Shown one piece after another: positions 26,921-42,345 of a stretch of DNA of 64,000 nucleotides; the stretch's first letter is position 1; every line of letters begins with the position of its first letter. The translations under genes were made by a program, and so were the position numbers. This DNA comes from the human T2T-CHM13v2.0 reference genome, Homo sapiens. The stretch lies in assembly GCF_009914755.1 (NCBI RefSeq), contig NC_060937.1. One strand, 5' to 3'. Under the pieces are notes generated by a model, which saw only the letters and a list, made by a program, of their open reading frames with translations, ran no database searches and was not told the origin of the DNA.

Positions 26921-27379
26921 TTCAAAATTTTAATAATTATTTTAAACCTTCAGATACAATATGATTATTATTTAACAATATTGCAAAGATATTGGCTCGG
27001 TTTTTAGTTTTAATAGACACAGCCTCTTGTTAATTTGGCACAGTTTAATTCCAAACCCATCTCTCTAATGTATATCATCACGAATGTATAATTAAAGAGC
27101 TATGCAACTCAATTTCAGCTAAAGAAAAATTATTCTTTGTACTTTCAAATGATGTTTAATGTTATATAAATATTTTGAATATAACCCCCACCTTCTAGGT
27201 CTTCTGGATCGAAGTAACACAATGTTATGTATGCTATAGAGAGCTATTCCCATAAGAAGACTTTATAACATTGATTTTAATGAACATTTTTAAATAACCT
27301 AAGTCCTTAATTCTCATTAAGGGGAAATCATATATCATGTCAACGATGAGTCACCTTAAATGAACTATAACTGTTCTCC

Positions 27380-27670
27380 ATTCACCATCCCAATTTTCTG
27401 CTTCCCCTGTAGCCACACTTCTTAAAATACTTATACCTCAGATTTACAATTCTTTACTTTCCATTGGTCTTCAAACAGACCAGTCTGCCTTTCCTTGTCA
27501 CCTCCCCATTTAAACTCTCTTATCAAAGAACCAAGAATTTCACTGTTAACACATTTATAGACATGGTTCTTTCCCTCATCACATTCAATTTTCCAGCAGC
27601 ATTTGATTCAATTGATAATTTCTTCTCTCTGAAAAGTTCCGATCACATCATAGGCTTCTCTTGGGTGAAA
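27380..27670 (+). mobile_element. L2 ORF2 (RT region) relic
   Basis: Translation FNFPAAFDSIDN resembles the L2/CR1 RT motif LDLSAAFDTVDH. Confidence 0.55.
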
Positions 27671-27679
27671 CATAATACT

Positions 27680-27850
27680 CAGTAGTGTGCTGGCAAATAT
27701 TTAAAAGCCGATTCTCTGGGGGAAAAGCCCGAACTGTAGTGTTGGCCAATTTTCGTAGTTTACATACTTCTGTCATGACTGATTTCAAGCTGCCAGTGTA
27801 ACATGGCTAAGCAGGGTAGAAATATACACAAACACTCCAACACACCACTT
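27680..27850. mobile_element. MER63-like hAT MITE
   Basis: TIRs cagtagtgtgctgg ... ccaacacaccact; internal gatttcaagctgcca. Confidence 0.7.
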
Positions 27851-27929
27851 ATTCTACAAATTGTCATCTGGATGCCACTGAACACTGGAATTACAAATTT
27901 CATTTCTGTAAAATTCTAATAAGATGTAA

Positions 27930-28394
<465 letters not shown>

Positions 28395-28612
28395 GATAGT
28401 GTTGACTTTTAAAAGAAAAATAACTTCTCTCAAAACCTAAATAAAACTTACATTTTAGTAAAAAAAAATACATAAATATTTATCGTTTGGCTAGAAATAT
28501 AATTTTTTTTACTCCTTAAATCATTACTGATAATAGAAAACAATGTACAGTGAATGAAAATGTTGATTACAACATAGTGATTTTGCTAAAGTGGCATCAA
28601 AAATAAATTCTA

Positions 28613-28928
<316 letters not shown>

Positions 28929-30574
28929 TTATGTATGTATTTGTCTTATTATTCACCTAAACCTCATTGGCCCATCAGTAAAACTTCCAGATATATAATG
29001 ATAAACTCAGCTGTCTAACATTTTGGCAATTTTTAGTCATGTACAAAACATAGGTTTATATGTTTTTGTTAATATTGTCATTATGAAGATGTATTTGTGA
29101 AGGCAGAGGGTAGAGGACATTTTAATTTAATAGCGATTAGTGTTATATCTAACTTTTAAATATCTAGACATAGAAGATGTGGGTCTCCATTTGTACCCTG
29201 ACCCCAAGCCCTGTAAATGCTGGGAGTGTCGTATGATTCGGTCATCATGATAAACTCGTAAGGTTAAGATCCTTATCCTCTTTTATTTGAACCAAGGTCC
29301 ATCTGATTCCAAATTTAATGTTGCTGAGAACTACAGTTTACTGCCTTTCACCTGTTTTCAGTGGTAAATAAATAAGTAAATAAGCAAAATGTTGTTTTTA
29401 AAACATAATATCTAATTTAACAGTTCAAGTCAGGAGCTTACATTTTCTAGGTGCTACTAAACTCAAAAAGTAAGATTTAACATTCTCCAAATTAAATCCA
29501 AATTAATATATTCTGTTTAAGGCATTGATAAGTACATGCTATGCTACAAATATTATTCCACACATTATTTTTGAGGAATAATACATTTTTGACAGATATT
29601 TCAGAAAATCAAAATTGAGGTAAAGGAATCTGCTTTTAAAGCCATGAAGATGCTTGAAGAAAAATGGAGAATAAACGAGACCAAATGGAAGATAGAAATT
29701 TATGGCAGATGTAAACTAGAAGGTGGGAATGCCGTGGTTGGTGGCTTTTGAATGGAAAGCAAGAAAGAGCAGACCTTGGAATGAGAATTTATTTGTGAGG
29801 CACATTGCACCTATTCTTTCTGCCATACTAAAGTCATCTTATGTGCTTCCTAACTTGCATCCCAAAATGCTGGTAGTCAGCTCAACCCACCCCTGGCTAT
29901 GGCCCCATTATCCCTGGGACATCAGATATCTATCTGGTCGCTGCCTCATTGTTACTAATTTTTTAGGTTGTTGCGAAGTGTTTTAGGTTGCTGCAAAGTA
30001 TTTTGCAATGGGGAAATAATCAGAATGTTCAAATAGGCCACCTGTTGTATTTTATGCTCACATATAAAATATAAAGGCTCTGCCACAGTGGAGGACAACA
30101 CAAAGATATTTCTGGCAGAAATAAGACTAAGGCACATGCACTGTAAAGGCCATGCACACCACTAAAAACACTGAGCTTAAATCAGGCATCATCAGTGTAA
30201 CAGAGAGATGCTTTCCTTATTTATAATACTATCTGAACTCTGCAGTGGGGTTTATGATAGTGGCAGATGGCATTATTTTAATAACACAATTCAAGTGAGT
30301 ACTAATCCTTCTATTGTCACTTTAATTGAAGTCAAATTTTTTCATGTAATTTTAAAGAAGGTTTCCATCAAAAACAATATTTTAATACTTGGCTTCCTAC
30401 GAAGATAAAATGTTCCAGGAGTACATTGTACTCATAATGCACACATAATGCACACTTCTTGTCATGTTATTAATACCTCATCAAGGCAGATGGTGTCTTG
30501 CTATCTTTCAGATCATAACTGAAGCATCATTTCTGCAGAAGGAGCGTGCCTGATTCTCCAACCTAAATTTGGTC

Positions 30575-30790
30575 ACATAGTGTTGCATTCTCTTAGTACT
30601 CTGTGCGTTTCCTTTATTGGGCTCGTCACTATTGCCATGTGTGTATGCTTTTCAGTGTTTACTGTTTCTTCCACTAGATGAAGTTCCACAACTTCAGGGG
30701 CCATGTTTACCTGATTCACCACCTGTTCCCAGCACCTTGCACTTTTTCTGGCAAACATGACTTGCTCAAAAATGATTCTGGAATAAATTT
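30575..30790 (+). mobile_element. L2 3' end relic
   Basis: ccactagatgaagttcc...caggggccatg...cccagcacctt...ctggcaaacat...gctcaaaaatg. Confidence 0.55.
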
Positions 30791-31444
30791 GATTTATATC
30801 ACTGATAGAGACCATTTAGTGTCATTTAAAGCCTTCAAAACGTAGAAAGGCTAAAAAGTGCAAAGGGAGAGAGATATTAAGATGATGGAGACTTAAGGAT
30901 GGCCAATGTTTAAGGTTCTCAGATGGTGACACACAGAGCAAAAGGCTTAAAGAAGATGAAAATTATTTTATTTTTGGATGAAAGAATGGTAGGAGAGACG
31001 ACAAAATGGGCATTGGTTTGGGTCCCAACTCATGAAGGTATGTTGGGAAACAAGATGGGAATTGTATGGCCTCTGGAGTTCCCCTTGCTCAAGCAAAATA
31101 TGACAAGCAGATTCAGAAGGGAGACTGTCTTGTTCATGCTGTTTTCAAAAATAGGTATCATTTGAACCAGCCCCTATAATTCTGAGGACACTTGTTTCAG
31201 TTTAGTTCTGTTTGTTACCAATACAGTGGTTCCTCTAAAGGGAGATAAGATTTTCAGACTCTAGTTTGAAAGATTTGTATCCATGTTGAGCGTTTATAGA
31301 TAAAATCACTTCCTAAATGTTGAAATATTTCAGTTTTTTTATTTCTTTTCCTTTCTGTTGGAGTCTGCACTCAGTGGGAATATATGATGGCCTTGGCTTT
31401 GCCCCATATGAGAATATGAAAAATTAGATAATGTCTATAATCTA

Positions 31445-31555
31445 CTCCCTTACCAAATTGAATGTGAGCTTCTTGTCTCAATCACCTTAAAGCCCCTATG
31501 GCATAGGGCAGTGTCTGGCACATAGCAGGTGCCCGAGAAATATTTGTTGAATGTA
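31445..31555 (+). mobile_element. L2 3' end relic
   Basis: gaatgtgagctt...cagtgtctggcacatagcaggtgcccgagaaatatttgttgaatg. Confidence 0.6.
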
Positions 31556-31985
31556 AAACTCATGTAAAAGTGCCTCATCTAGTAGGTCATCTTTTCTCCC
31601 ACATTTCCACCCCCTACCCTCAATCTCATTAGACTGAAGAATCCAAATATGTAGACTCGGCATGGGATCAAGGACATAGCACCTTAAAAGAAGAATTTCA
31701 CAGAAAGTTGCCAAAGACTTGGAGAAGCCCCTCCACATACATTCCCCAGATGAAAAATCAATCTCAGACAAGGCCCAATCAGGACCCAGTAGATTTATCA
31801 ATTTTCTATGCTGACATAAGAGAACTGTGGGGCCATCTGAGTGATTAAAGTGGACTGAGCTAGAATAATTCCAGGACGCTCATGTGAAATGACTGCCTCA
31901 AATCAATCAGCGTTCTCAGAGACACCAGACAGCTGTGTTTAAACATCAAGCAAGAGGTCAGGAATCTACTGCATTCCCTAGAGGG

Positions 31986-32152
31986 CAGTGGTTCCTAACC
32001 TGTTGGATCACATACCCCCTAGAGGATCTAAGGAAGGTGTAGGACCCTCTGAAGATTATTGTGCATTTCTGGTTATGGATGAGAAAGACAACACACATAC
32101 ATCGGGATATTTTCAACCCTATACTGTACGTGTGGCAAAGCTTTAGAAACAC
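31986..32152. mobile_element. hAT-Charlie-like MITE relic
   Basis: Terminal cagtggttcctaacct ... tttagaaacact resembling Charlie TIRs. Confidence 0.35.
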
Positions 32153-32752
32153 TAAGTGGATGGCTCTTTACTTGTCCCCTGGAAAGAGCCCAAACAAGCA
32201 TTCAGTGGATGCTCATTATCAATAATTAATGTGGGGCTAGAGTTGGGAAAGTGTGGCACCCATAATGTTTGGTGTTAGGGAAAGTATCCTAAGGACTTCT
32301 GGGTTTTCTACATGTCACTGCTCAGTCACATACAAGTGCAGTGACTTAACAGACTGATACATTTGGTAAGAATAAATCAGGCATGCCCTGCCTCTTCCTC
32401 TTGGGAGCAAACCTGGAAGTAAGATGTGCCCTAGAAATGAGGGCAACCTTATTCTTTCTCTTATGTCTGGGTCTTGTTTTGTGTAGACTGGGCAAGGAAA
32501 GAGCTACTTCTTGGTTCCCCTTAGAGACTTCCACCACTTAGTACAAAGTGGTGCTCAGTGTCTGTTGTCTTTTGCAGTGATTCGTTGATGTGCACGTGTC
32601 CTGACACTAAGTAAATCTCTTTTGCATCTTAGCATTCTCGGGGAATCATTATGGAAGTTTTGCCGTAAGCTTCTATAGAATCTTTTAAAATTGTGTACGT
32701 TATATGAATTCTTTTAAAAATTTAGACATAATCTTTTGTGAAAATTAATAAT

Positions 32753-33184
32753 TATTAAAGCAAACTACATATGGCCCGAGAAGAATTCCATACTTGTATA
32801 TCTGAGTTCTTGTGGATAAAGTGTAACCTAGCTTAATAGTCAGACAAGATTGAAAACTTAACTTAGGAGTATGCGCCTGTAACAACAACTGAGTCTTGGC
32901 CCATCCCAGCAGCCATACTTCAACCACTCATAGACTGCTAAGTGTTCAAACTGTGCTCAAATAAGGCAAATGCCAATCTGTAACCAATCCAACTGTTTCT
33001 GAACCTCACTGCCAATTTCTTCCTGTCATTTCCCTGTTTTTGTCTATAAATTTCCTTCCACCACGTGGCTGCCCTGGAGTCTCTGTGAATCTGCTGTGAT
33101 TCTGGGGACTGCCTGATTCACGAATTGTTCATTGCTCAATTAAACTCCTTTAAATGTAATTTGGCTGAAGTTTTCCCTTTATCA
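32753..33184 (+). mobile_element. MER57-family ERV1 solo LTR (MER57B-like)
   Basis: ttaaagcaaactacatatggcc...ctgtaaccaatcc (CCAAT)...ctataaat (TATA)...gctcaattaaactcc (polyA); 4-bp TSD taat/caat. Confidence 0.85.
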
Positions 33185-34869
33185 CAATAAAGAGATCAAT
33201 AGCTCCTTGTTTAAATAACCTTGACAAAAGCCACTTTATAATTTGTAGAACAAGAAACAATATATGATGAACTGATAGCCAAGATCTTTGAGCTCATTTG
33301 TGTTTGTTCTATAGTGATATGCTCCACTGCTCTTGTTTTTATTGTTTTTTCAGCATTTATTAGTCAGGATTTCCCCTCTCCCTAATTTACAAGGCTATCT
33401 AAATGGTGCTATGTCAGAAAAATAAATATAATCAGACAAAACTAATTTTTTTCTTAAGTGTAATTGTTAAAATAAACCTCTGGAAATCATTTAAAATCCA
33501 AAAGCCCAGGATGTATAAGGATTTATAATTGTACTATTTTCTGATCTTAAACTTTATAATACATTTAAACTTCACAGATATCAACATAAACTTTGTTAAA
33601 AGGGCTTAAACATTGTTCAGATGGGTCCCCTTGAAAGCACAGGTGGCTAGTGAATAGGAGAACCTGCCAGTGTGCATCCAGCACTTTGGGAAACTGGTGA
33701 TGTCAGGCTGAACCGAGTCTATTCTGAATGGTATGTCATTTAAAACAAGTTGAGCAGGTCAGACCACTCTCCATCAATGCATGTTATCAACAAAAACTGA
33801 TTAAACTTTAACTTCGCATTAGGAGACCATTGTAGACTTTTCTGGCTGAGAATGATGAAGGCATTTGTAATACAGGAAATCCATTTTCAGAATAGTTACT
33901 ACCAAGTATTTGGTAAATAATATTTGTGTGTACTCTGACAAGACTGAGACAACATACGTTTCATAGATTCACTGGTTATTTTTATTTTAGAAAAGTTTAA
34001 GTGTAATTTCACATGAAGCAAAACCTATACAGAGTAAAAATACCATTTATTTTAATACATATTGCTACTGTGAACATACTGCCTGTAAAAAGTAATTTTA
34101 CTATATTAAATTTGGAGTTGAGGAAGCCTTTAATCTGTACATCATTATTAAATTATCTTCACAACTACAGTTAGATATGACACATCTGATATGGATTTGT
34201 TAGTCTCTAAATAAATATAAAATATTTTAAAATGTAAAAATTTAACTAAATTTTAGTTTCTTTAAGACACTTAGATATTAATAAATTTGTTTAATTTCTA
34301 TTCAAGGCATAAAAATAGTAAATGGAAATTATTCTGCAACCCTGACTTCGAAAATGCAAAATGAACATTTAAATCAATTTAAGTTTTGGTTAGCCATTTG
34401 GTGGTAGGTAAACACAATTTAGGTGACAGAATTACAAAAGTTCATGTGTTTGAGCAAAAATGCTACACAGAACAGATGATGAGAGGAGAAGTGGACTCTG
34501 ACACCACAGTCTTTCCCTCCAGGCGATTGCAATTAATCATCTTGGTTTTTGTTTGTTTGTTTTATGACAAGGAGCCAAAGTATACAGAAGAAGCATGGAT
34601 TATACAGTTTGAGCTCATTAGGTAGAATTTTACTTTTTAAGTTAATTAGGAGCCCCTAGAGACATCCTAAAAGAAGCAGCGTATTTCCAACAACACTTGA
34701 GGAAGGATCATGTAAACAATGAAATGAATAGGACAAAATTGTAAGTAGGGAGCTGAAAAATGATGACAAAAAAACAGACTCAATGCAGTTAAAACCCAGA
34801 CAGGGGTCGGATGAAATAATCTATGGGGGTAACTGAACGACTATGGCAAGTATGGGAGAGAAAAGTAGG

Positions 34870-36596
34870 AGACTGTACCTGTGCTTCCCTCTATTCCCTC
34901 CTGAAACTGCACTAAAATGGCAGTCAAGGGATTTTTTTAAGCATAAATATACCCAAGGAAATACAGAAGAAGATGTGCCTGCAGTCAGATTTTGGGAGCT
35001 GGAAAGCAGGTAAATGGGGGTAACTAACCTGACAAACTAGAGGCAGCCATGACCTGAGCCAGCTGCAGAGAAAAGCCAGCAGCAAGACCATCTGAGTTGT
35101 GGAAACCCCAAAAAGGACAGAAATGGAAAGTACCATGTACCTTTGAAAATGAGGTAGCATTTGGGTGAAATGTTCATGTTAGCAGCAATTCACCTCCCAA
35201 ATCCTGTTTCTTACCCCATCCAGCCAGGTAACTGCCTCACGTCACCCCAGGCAGAAGATTCCTTGGCCTTCCAGAAAGATTGAGTTAGGAGCAACATACG
35301 GCCGAATCCCAGGCTCAGCTGGCAGTGGAGTTAGCTTGCTGACAGTTGGAGGTTCAGTGAAAACCTACATAATGAAAAGGAAAATCTCCTACTATTTTAC
35401 CAAGTCAACTGAGAAAACACTGTCTGGCTTATATTCCGTATCTTTCCAGGAAGAAATAAGAGTTCCTTTCTGGGGAAACCAACCAAGCCAAGAGAGAAGA
35501 CATACAGATACTGACTGTTGAGGGCTTCTGCAACAAAATAACCCAGCCAGATTATCCTATAGTGAGAACTACCACCAGAGAAACCCCCTCAACCCCCACA
35601 AGCATGTGCATATGCACACACACACACACACACACAGCTTCTAATCAGTTTCTAACATGAAATACAAAGGCCAAAATAATCAAGGAAAGAACAGAGAAAA
35701 TATAAGTCATAGAAGCAAACTTCTCAAAACTCTAATTAGTCCTTCAAAGATGTAAAAAAATGTATTTTTAACCTAAAATAGAATGGTATTTTTAAAAGAA
35801 GCATTTTGATAACATAAAAGAACTCAAAGAATTTGAACATATTATAGCAGGAACAGAAAATGCCAAAAAAAAAAAAGGAGCTGGAACATAAAATTGAAGA
35901 AATTTTTCAGAAAGTAGAAGAAAATACAAAAAGAAAAATATATAAAATACCTAAGAAGATCAGAGATCAATATTTACCTAAGAGACTGCCAGAAAAATAG
36001 AGAACACAAGTAGAGAGATGATACGTTTTCCCAGGCCTAAGCATGAGTTTCCAGACTGAAAAAGCCCAAGTTTCCAAGACAATAAAAGACCTTCATGAAA
36101 TGACAGCATCAGAAAAATTCCAGAACTCTGTTCACAAAGAGACAATTACAAAAATTACTGACAGGAAAAAAATGATCAAAATCAAAGGGTGGAGGATCAC
36201 AGTGCCACCAGGTTTCAGAACAATTGGAAGCTGGAAGACAATGGAGCAAGGCTTTAAAATATCAGACAGAAAATTCTTTCCAACCATCAAAATTGTCACT
36301 CCACTAGGAAAGTACAGTTAAGAACTTTTCTGATATGCAAGGTCTCAAAAAATATACAATTTACACTTGAAACTGAAAAATTTAGAAATAACAATATAAA
36401 CATTATATTTAGAAACATGGAGGTAAATAAATTTAAAAAAAGCCACCTGCCTCTGGACATTAAGAATCAGAAGCAGGGGAGCTAATTACTATTTTAGTTT
36501 TATATCTTGTAGAACTAATTGATTTTTAATGCCATTTACCTTTACAATATTGGTTACAATAAAAATTACATTAAAATACAAAATAATAAAAATTAA
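34870..36596 (+). mobile_element. HAL1-like (ORF1-only, half-L1) element
   Basis: ORF 36043-36321 resembles L1 ORF1p (FQ.EKA...KFQN..HKE.I.K...K.KG.RI); followed without ORF2 by a 3' end tgcctctgg...cttgtagaactaattgatttttaa...aataaaaatt. Confidence 0.6.
35615..35636. repeat. (CA)n microsatellite
   Basis: cacacacacacacacacacaca. Confidence 0.9.
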
Positions 36597-37299
36597 GGTA
36601 CAAAATATTATATACAGGTTGCTCTCATTGGAATACAAAAGAACAGAGTTACACATGCCTGTATATGTACAGACTATTTATAAAGGAGAGGAGGAAACGG
36701 ATAACTATAATTGTCATTAAAAAGAAACTTCAAGTTACATTGAGGGATTTACTTTTAATTGTGTATTTGTTATCTTATTTTAACTTCTAAACAAGTTATT
36801 TCTATTTTAATGTTTTTAAATAAAGTGGATTGTTTTGTTGAAAAAAGGCTGGAGACTTATCCTCTGCAATGTGTATATTATCTTATATTCTGGGATTCTT
36901 TGTAAACTGAAGATACCCATATGTCAACAATGTATGCTGGAGTCTCAGGGTGGAGCAATGACAATGAATCACAGGGAGGTGAGAATTCATCTGCACTCTA
37001 GGCAGGATTGATTTGAAAATACATGAACAGATTTAAGAACAAAAGAGAAAAGGAGAAGGGGTATTACCGTACATGGGTTATCAACATTCTTAATCATAAT
37101 ATGTAAAGAAAGTACATTTTCAATTTAGAAATAATCCCAGAATATAAGAAAACTTATAAATTGCAGAGGATTAAAGGGCAGGGCTTGATGAACAACTGGA
37201 TAGAGATAGTGAAGAGAAGTAAGAGTCACAAATATTGCCAACAATTCCTGGATAATAGAGAATAGTCTGCATAGTTGTTAAATGTAAGGAGGAAAAGAA

Positions 37300-37781
<482 letters not shown>

Positions 37782-38592
37782 AACAATGTTATTTTCATTT
37801 AAAAAAAAAAAAAGTGTCGCAGATTCTGTGGGTCACTTGTTGCAAAAGGTGAGCATCCTTTCCCTGAATCCTCTCCACAATCACTTCTATTCTGATCCTG
37901 ATCATTAATACATTTGCAGGAGAGTTTTTGGGCTTGGATTTGCTTTTCTTCTGAGAACTGGCTACACTAGACACCTAACTTAAAGTCTTGGTCACCAACT
38001 CCGCATGGTTTGCTAAGAGATTTAACAACAAATTATATAACCATCATACAGGTTGCTGCTGCTTTCACATTGTGTATCTTTTATAGAATGACAAAGACAT
38101 GAAATATTCAAAGGCATGGAAAGTAGGTATGAGCTCTTTCACTTTCATGTGTCGCCTTGAATGATCACAGCTCACACACTTGTGAACACAGGTAAATTTG
38201 TTGCAAGTTTGGTATCAATAAGGTGGATTCTTTCAAGTTAACCACTGCTTCACCATTCTCCCATGAATGGTAATTAGTAATTTTTTATTCACAAGGGTCC
38301 TCAATCACTTTAAAGCAAATTGAAATACTAGGCACATTTTAATATTTCTTAATATTTTGCTCTAAGTAAGCAATAAGAAATCCCATTTAATCTCTTTACT
38401 TTGTGGCGATTTTCGCTATTTCAAAATCCTACATTCCTGACTGTAGAAAGAATGAAGGTACCATTTCCGTAAATTATTTGTTTGTGCAAATATAGAAGCC
38501 TGTTTTTTGCTATTACTACCCTCTAGTGGATGCATAGCATAGACCAATTTTCATGGATGCTCTGGGCCTTTTCCTTAATAATGGCCTTTCAG

Positions 38593-38783
38593 CTGTGCTG
38601 TCCAATATAGTAACCACCAATCATAAAAGGCTATTTAAATTTAAATTAATAAACAATAAATGGAAAATTCAGTTCCTCAGTCACACTGGCAACATATCAA
38701 ATGCTCAATAATCTCGTGTAGCTATTGACAGCTCTGACATAGAACATTTCCATCACCATGGAAATCTGTATTGGACTAATGCT
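38593..38783. mobile_element. MER3 (hAT-Charlie) MITE
   Basis: ctgtgctgtccaatatagtaacc...ggctatttaaatttaaatt...aattcagttcctcagtcacact...tagaacatttccatca...tattggac. Confidence 0.8.
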
Positions 38784-39043
38784 TATCCAGGCTAATGTGT
38801 ACATTATGGAACATGGAGACATGAACTTATTTAACCTAAAGGAATTAACCTATTGACAATAGATTAGCCAACACCATCCCAAAACTCTTGATTCTACTCC
38901 CAGCATCCAAGATTTACAGGATCAAAAGCTAACGTTCTTGAGCTTTTCATAAAAAAGTTAACCTCACCTTTTTTTAGATGAATTTTATTTCTTTAAATCC
39001 AACAGATTTCATCACTCCAAGCGTTCAAAGGCCATGTGGTGGC

Positions 39044-39320
39044 TGCCAGGTGCGGTGGCTGACGCCTGCAGTCCCATCACTTTGGGAGGCCAAGGTGTGA
39101 GGATCACTTGAGGTCAGGAGTTCAAGACCAGCCTGGCCAACGTGATAAAGCCCCATCTCTACTAAAAACACAAAAATTAGCCAGGCATGAAGATGTGTGC
39201 CTGTAGTCCCAGCTACTCAGGAAGCTGAGACAGGAGAATCACTTGAAACTGGGAGGTAGAGGCTGCAGTGAGCTGCACTCTCACCTGGGCAACAGAGCAA
39301 GACTCTGTCTCAAAAAAAAA
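39044..39320 (+). mobile_element. AluS (Sz-like), small deletion in right arm
   Basis: TSD aaaggccatgtggtggc / aaagaccatgtggtggc. Confidence 0.93.
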
Positions 39321-39450
39321 GACCATGTGGTGGCAAATATATTAAATTATTTTCAACATATTTCTGTGTCGTGAACTTACAAGATAAAGCTTTCCTTTCT
39401 TCCTGAGATGCAGAGAGAGAGAGAGAGAGAATAGAACTCGCTTATTTTCC

Positions 39451-39783
39451 TGTTTGTTTTTGGGGTTTTTTTTGTTTGTTTGTTTTGTTTTGTCTTGTCT
39501 TGTTTTGTTTTTGAGATGGATTCTTGCTAGGATGGAGTGCAATGGCACGATCTCTGCTCAATGCAACCTCTGCTTCCCAGGCTCAAGCCTCAGCCTCCCA
39601 AGTAGCTGGGATTACAGGCGCCTGCCAAAACGCACGGCTAATTTTTGTATTTTTTTAGTAGAGACGAGGTTTCGCCACATTGGCCAGGCATGATGATGCA
39701 TCTCGAACTCCTGGCCTCAAAGTAATCCACCCTCCTCGGCTCCCAAAGTGCTTGATTACAGGCAAGAGCCACTGCACCCGACC
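39451..39783 (-). mobile_element. AluS with several small indels
   Basis: (TTTG)n tail and antisense Alu body; degenerate TSD agaactcgcttattttc/agaacccaatttttttc. Confidence 0.9.
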
Positions 39784-39829
39784 AGAACCCAATTTTTTTC
39801 TAACAAAAGCTAATTTTTAAAAAGTTGGT

Positions 39830-40195
<366 letters not shown>

Positions 40196-41278
40196 CTACA
40201 TTAGAGGAAAGTCCAAAACATTCATGATAAAGGTAACATTTCTGATTTGGGAGGTTATTATTTGAAAGAAAAAAAAAGGGGGGGGTGGGGGGAGGAGTTC
40301 TTTGCAATGCTGAATGTAAACTTTTGCCACTGAGTAAATGGCTTTCTTTAACTCAATCATAAGAGTGTATTAAGCACTATACTGGGCTATACTACACCAT
40401 ACTGCACATATAATTTATTTTCTGGATGAACTAAATCAATTTCCACTTTCTAAAATTTTTAGTATTCAATTATAGTTCACACATAAATATTGTGCTTAAT
40501 TTTATTATGTGAATATCAAGATATTTGACTGTAGGTATTATCTCTGCCTCAAATGTCAAATGAATCACCTAATGGCCTCAAATGAATTCAATCATTATTA
40601 GAGTGATAATGTAAATAACCAGAATAAAAGAAACACATAAGAATTATTTTCTTTTCTATCAGAGCATAACCCTACCCTACAAATGCCTAGGGCTTCGGTA
40701 TTTAGTAATATTGAAGAAACAATTGATGGACACCTAGAAGTACTACATAGCCAATGAATACGTACAGTCCTTGCCTTTGTGAAATTTGCAGGCTGGTGGT
40801 AGAACTGACAGTCACATAGCTATTATGTCCATTTGCACATCATGGAACATAGCAAACAGGATCATGAAGCAAACCCACCTTAGGAATCTCATATATAACC
40901 CTCAATTTATATACATATATTTTTTGACTCAATGACTATTGACTTGTGCTGTGTGTTGAGCACTATTCTAGGCCCTGGGGATACAACAACAAATTGGACA
41001 AGGTCTTATCCAAAGAGCAGTCACAATTAATTTATATAATGATATTCAAGTTTCATCTCTTGCCTTTTTTTTAAGCTCATATATATTTGAGAGGGTTTTC
41101 CCCTTGCCATGAATTTCATCTTCTGGTTATTTAGTTTGCATATTGAAAGTAGAAATGGGTGCTTATTGTCTTGTTCAAATGGTAACAAATATTTGTTGAG
41201 CATTGAGATACTTGCCATTTGATAGGAGTAACAAAAAATAAACGCAAAGTGACAAGGCTGTAATAGAAATACAACCGA

Positions 41279-41550
41279 GCACAAGGCACGGTGACTCACG
41301 CCTGTAATCCCAGCACTTTGGGAGGCCGAGGCAGGCAGATCATGAGGTCAGGAGATCGAGACCATCCTGGCTAACATGGTGAAACCCTGTCTCTACTAAA
41401 AATACAAAAAATTAGCTGGGCATGGTGGCAGGAGAATCACTTGAACTTGGGAGGCAGAGCTTGCAGTGAGCTGAGATCGTGCCACTGCACTACAGCCTGG
41501 GCGACGGAGCGAGACTGTCTCAAAAAATGAAATAAAAAAAAATAAAAAAA
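41279..41550 (+). mobile_element. AluY/Sc8-like with internal deletion in right arm
   Basis: ggcatggtggcaggagaatc junction removes the cgcctgtagtcccagctac segment; flanking agaaataca repeat. Confidence 0.9.
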
Positions 41551-42004
41551 GAAATACATTCAAATACTATTGGATAATAGAGTAAGAGGCAGATAACTAT
41601 TACAGGGAAGACTAGGAAGGATTTATAAAACAGAAGACATTTGACTTCGTATTAAAGAGTAGATGGGAGTTTCCTAAGTGCAGAAAAGCAGGCCAAAAAT
41701 TGGAAATAAACAGAAGCCTGCAGAATGGAGTCTGGTGATTTAGAGCACAAAGTTCAGGGAGGAGAATGGCAGGAAAACGAGATGAAAAATTTTTAAAGGA
41801 TATATTTATACCATGAGAAATGAATATGTTTGGGCTGAATCATCAATCAATAGCTCATTTATAATCTGAATCAAGAGCCAAATCTCCACTTCCTGCTTTT
41901 ATATCAAGCTTTATCACAAACATGTATTATTTTAAGGAATTCTATGTTGGCCAATACTGGCTAATGGAGAGTATAAAAATTATTCTTAATATGTTTTTCA
42001 CTAA

Positions 42005-42345
42005 ATAATTCATTTATTCAACAAATATTTTAAAGCATCTATCCTCTGCCTAGCATAATATACAGATTTGTAGTAATCCAAAAGGTGAGCAAAATGTAGT
42101 CTACATTTGAGAATTTGCTGTTTAACTGGAGAAGCAAAGGTGGCCAAGATAATTGCACTACAATATGACATGTGTACTGTTGGAGAGATGGGTGAATTAT
42201 TTAGGAGCAAAGAAGATGTGGCTACCTCAGAGAAAATGTAGACTATTTATAGAAAATGTAATATTTTATGTGTTTTTAAGAATGATTAAGAGTTCACCAG
42301 AAAGAAAAGTGAGAAGATATTCTAGGCAGAAGAATAAAGAATAAT
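42005..42345 (-). mobile_element. L2 fragment
   Basis: attcatttattcaacaaatattt...catctatcctctgcctagca. Confidence 0.55.

Noticed and set aside
29961-30005. Short tandem duplications (20-mer here; also 11-mers near 30433 and near 53823)
   Set aside because: Two- or three-copy slippage duplications are ubiquitous and imply no function.
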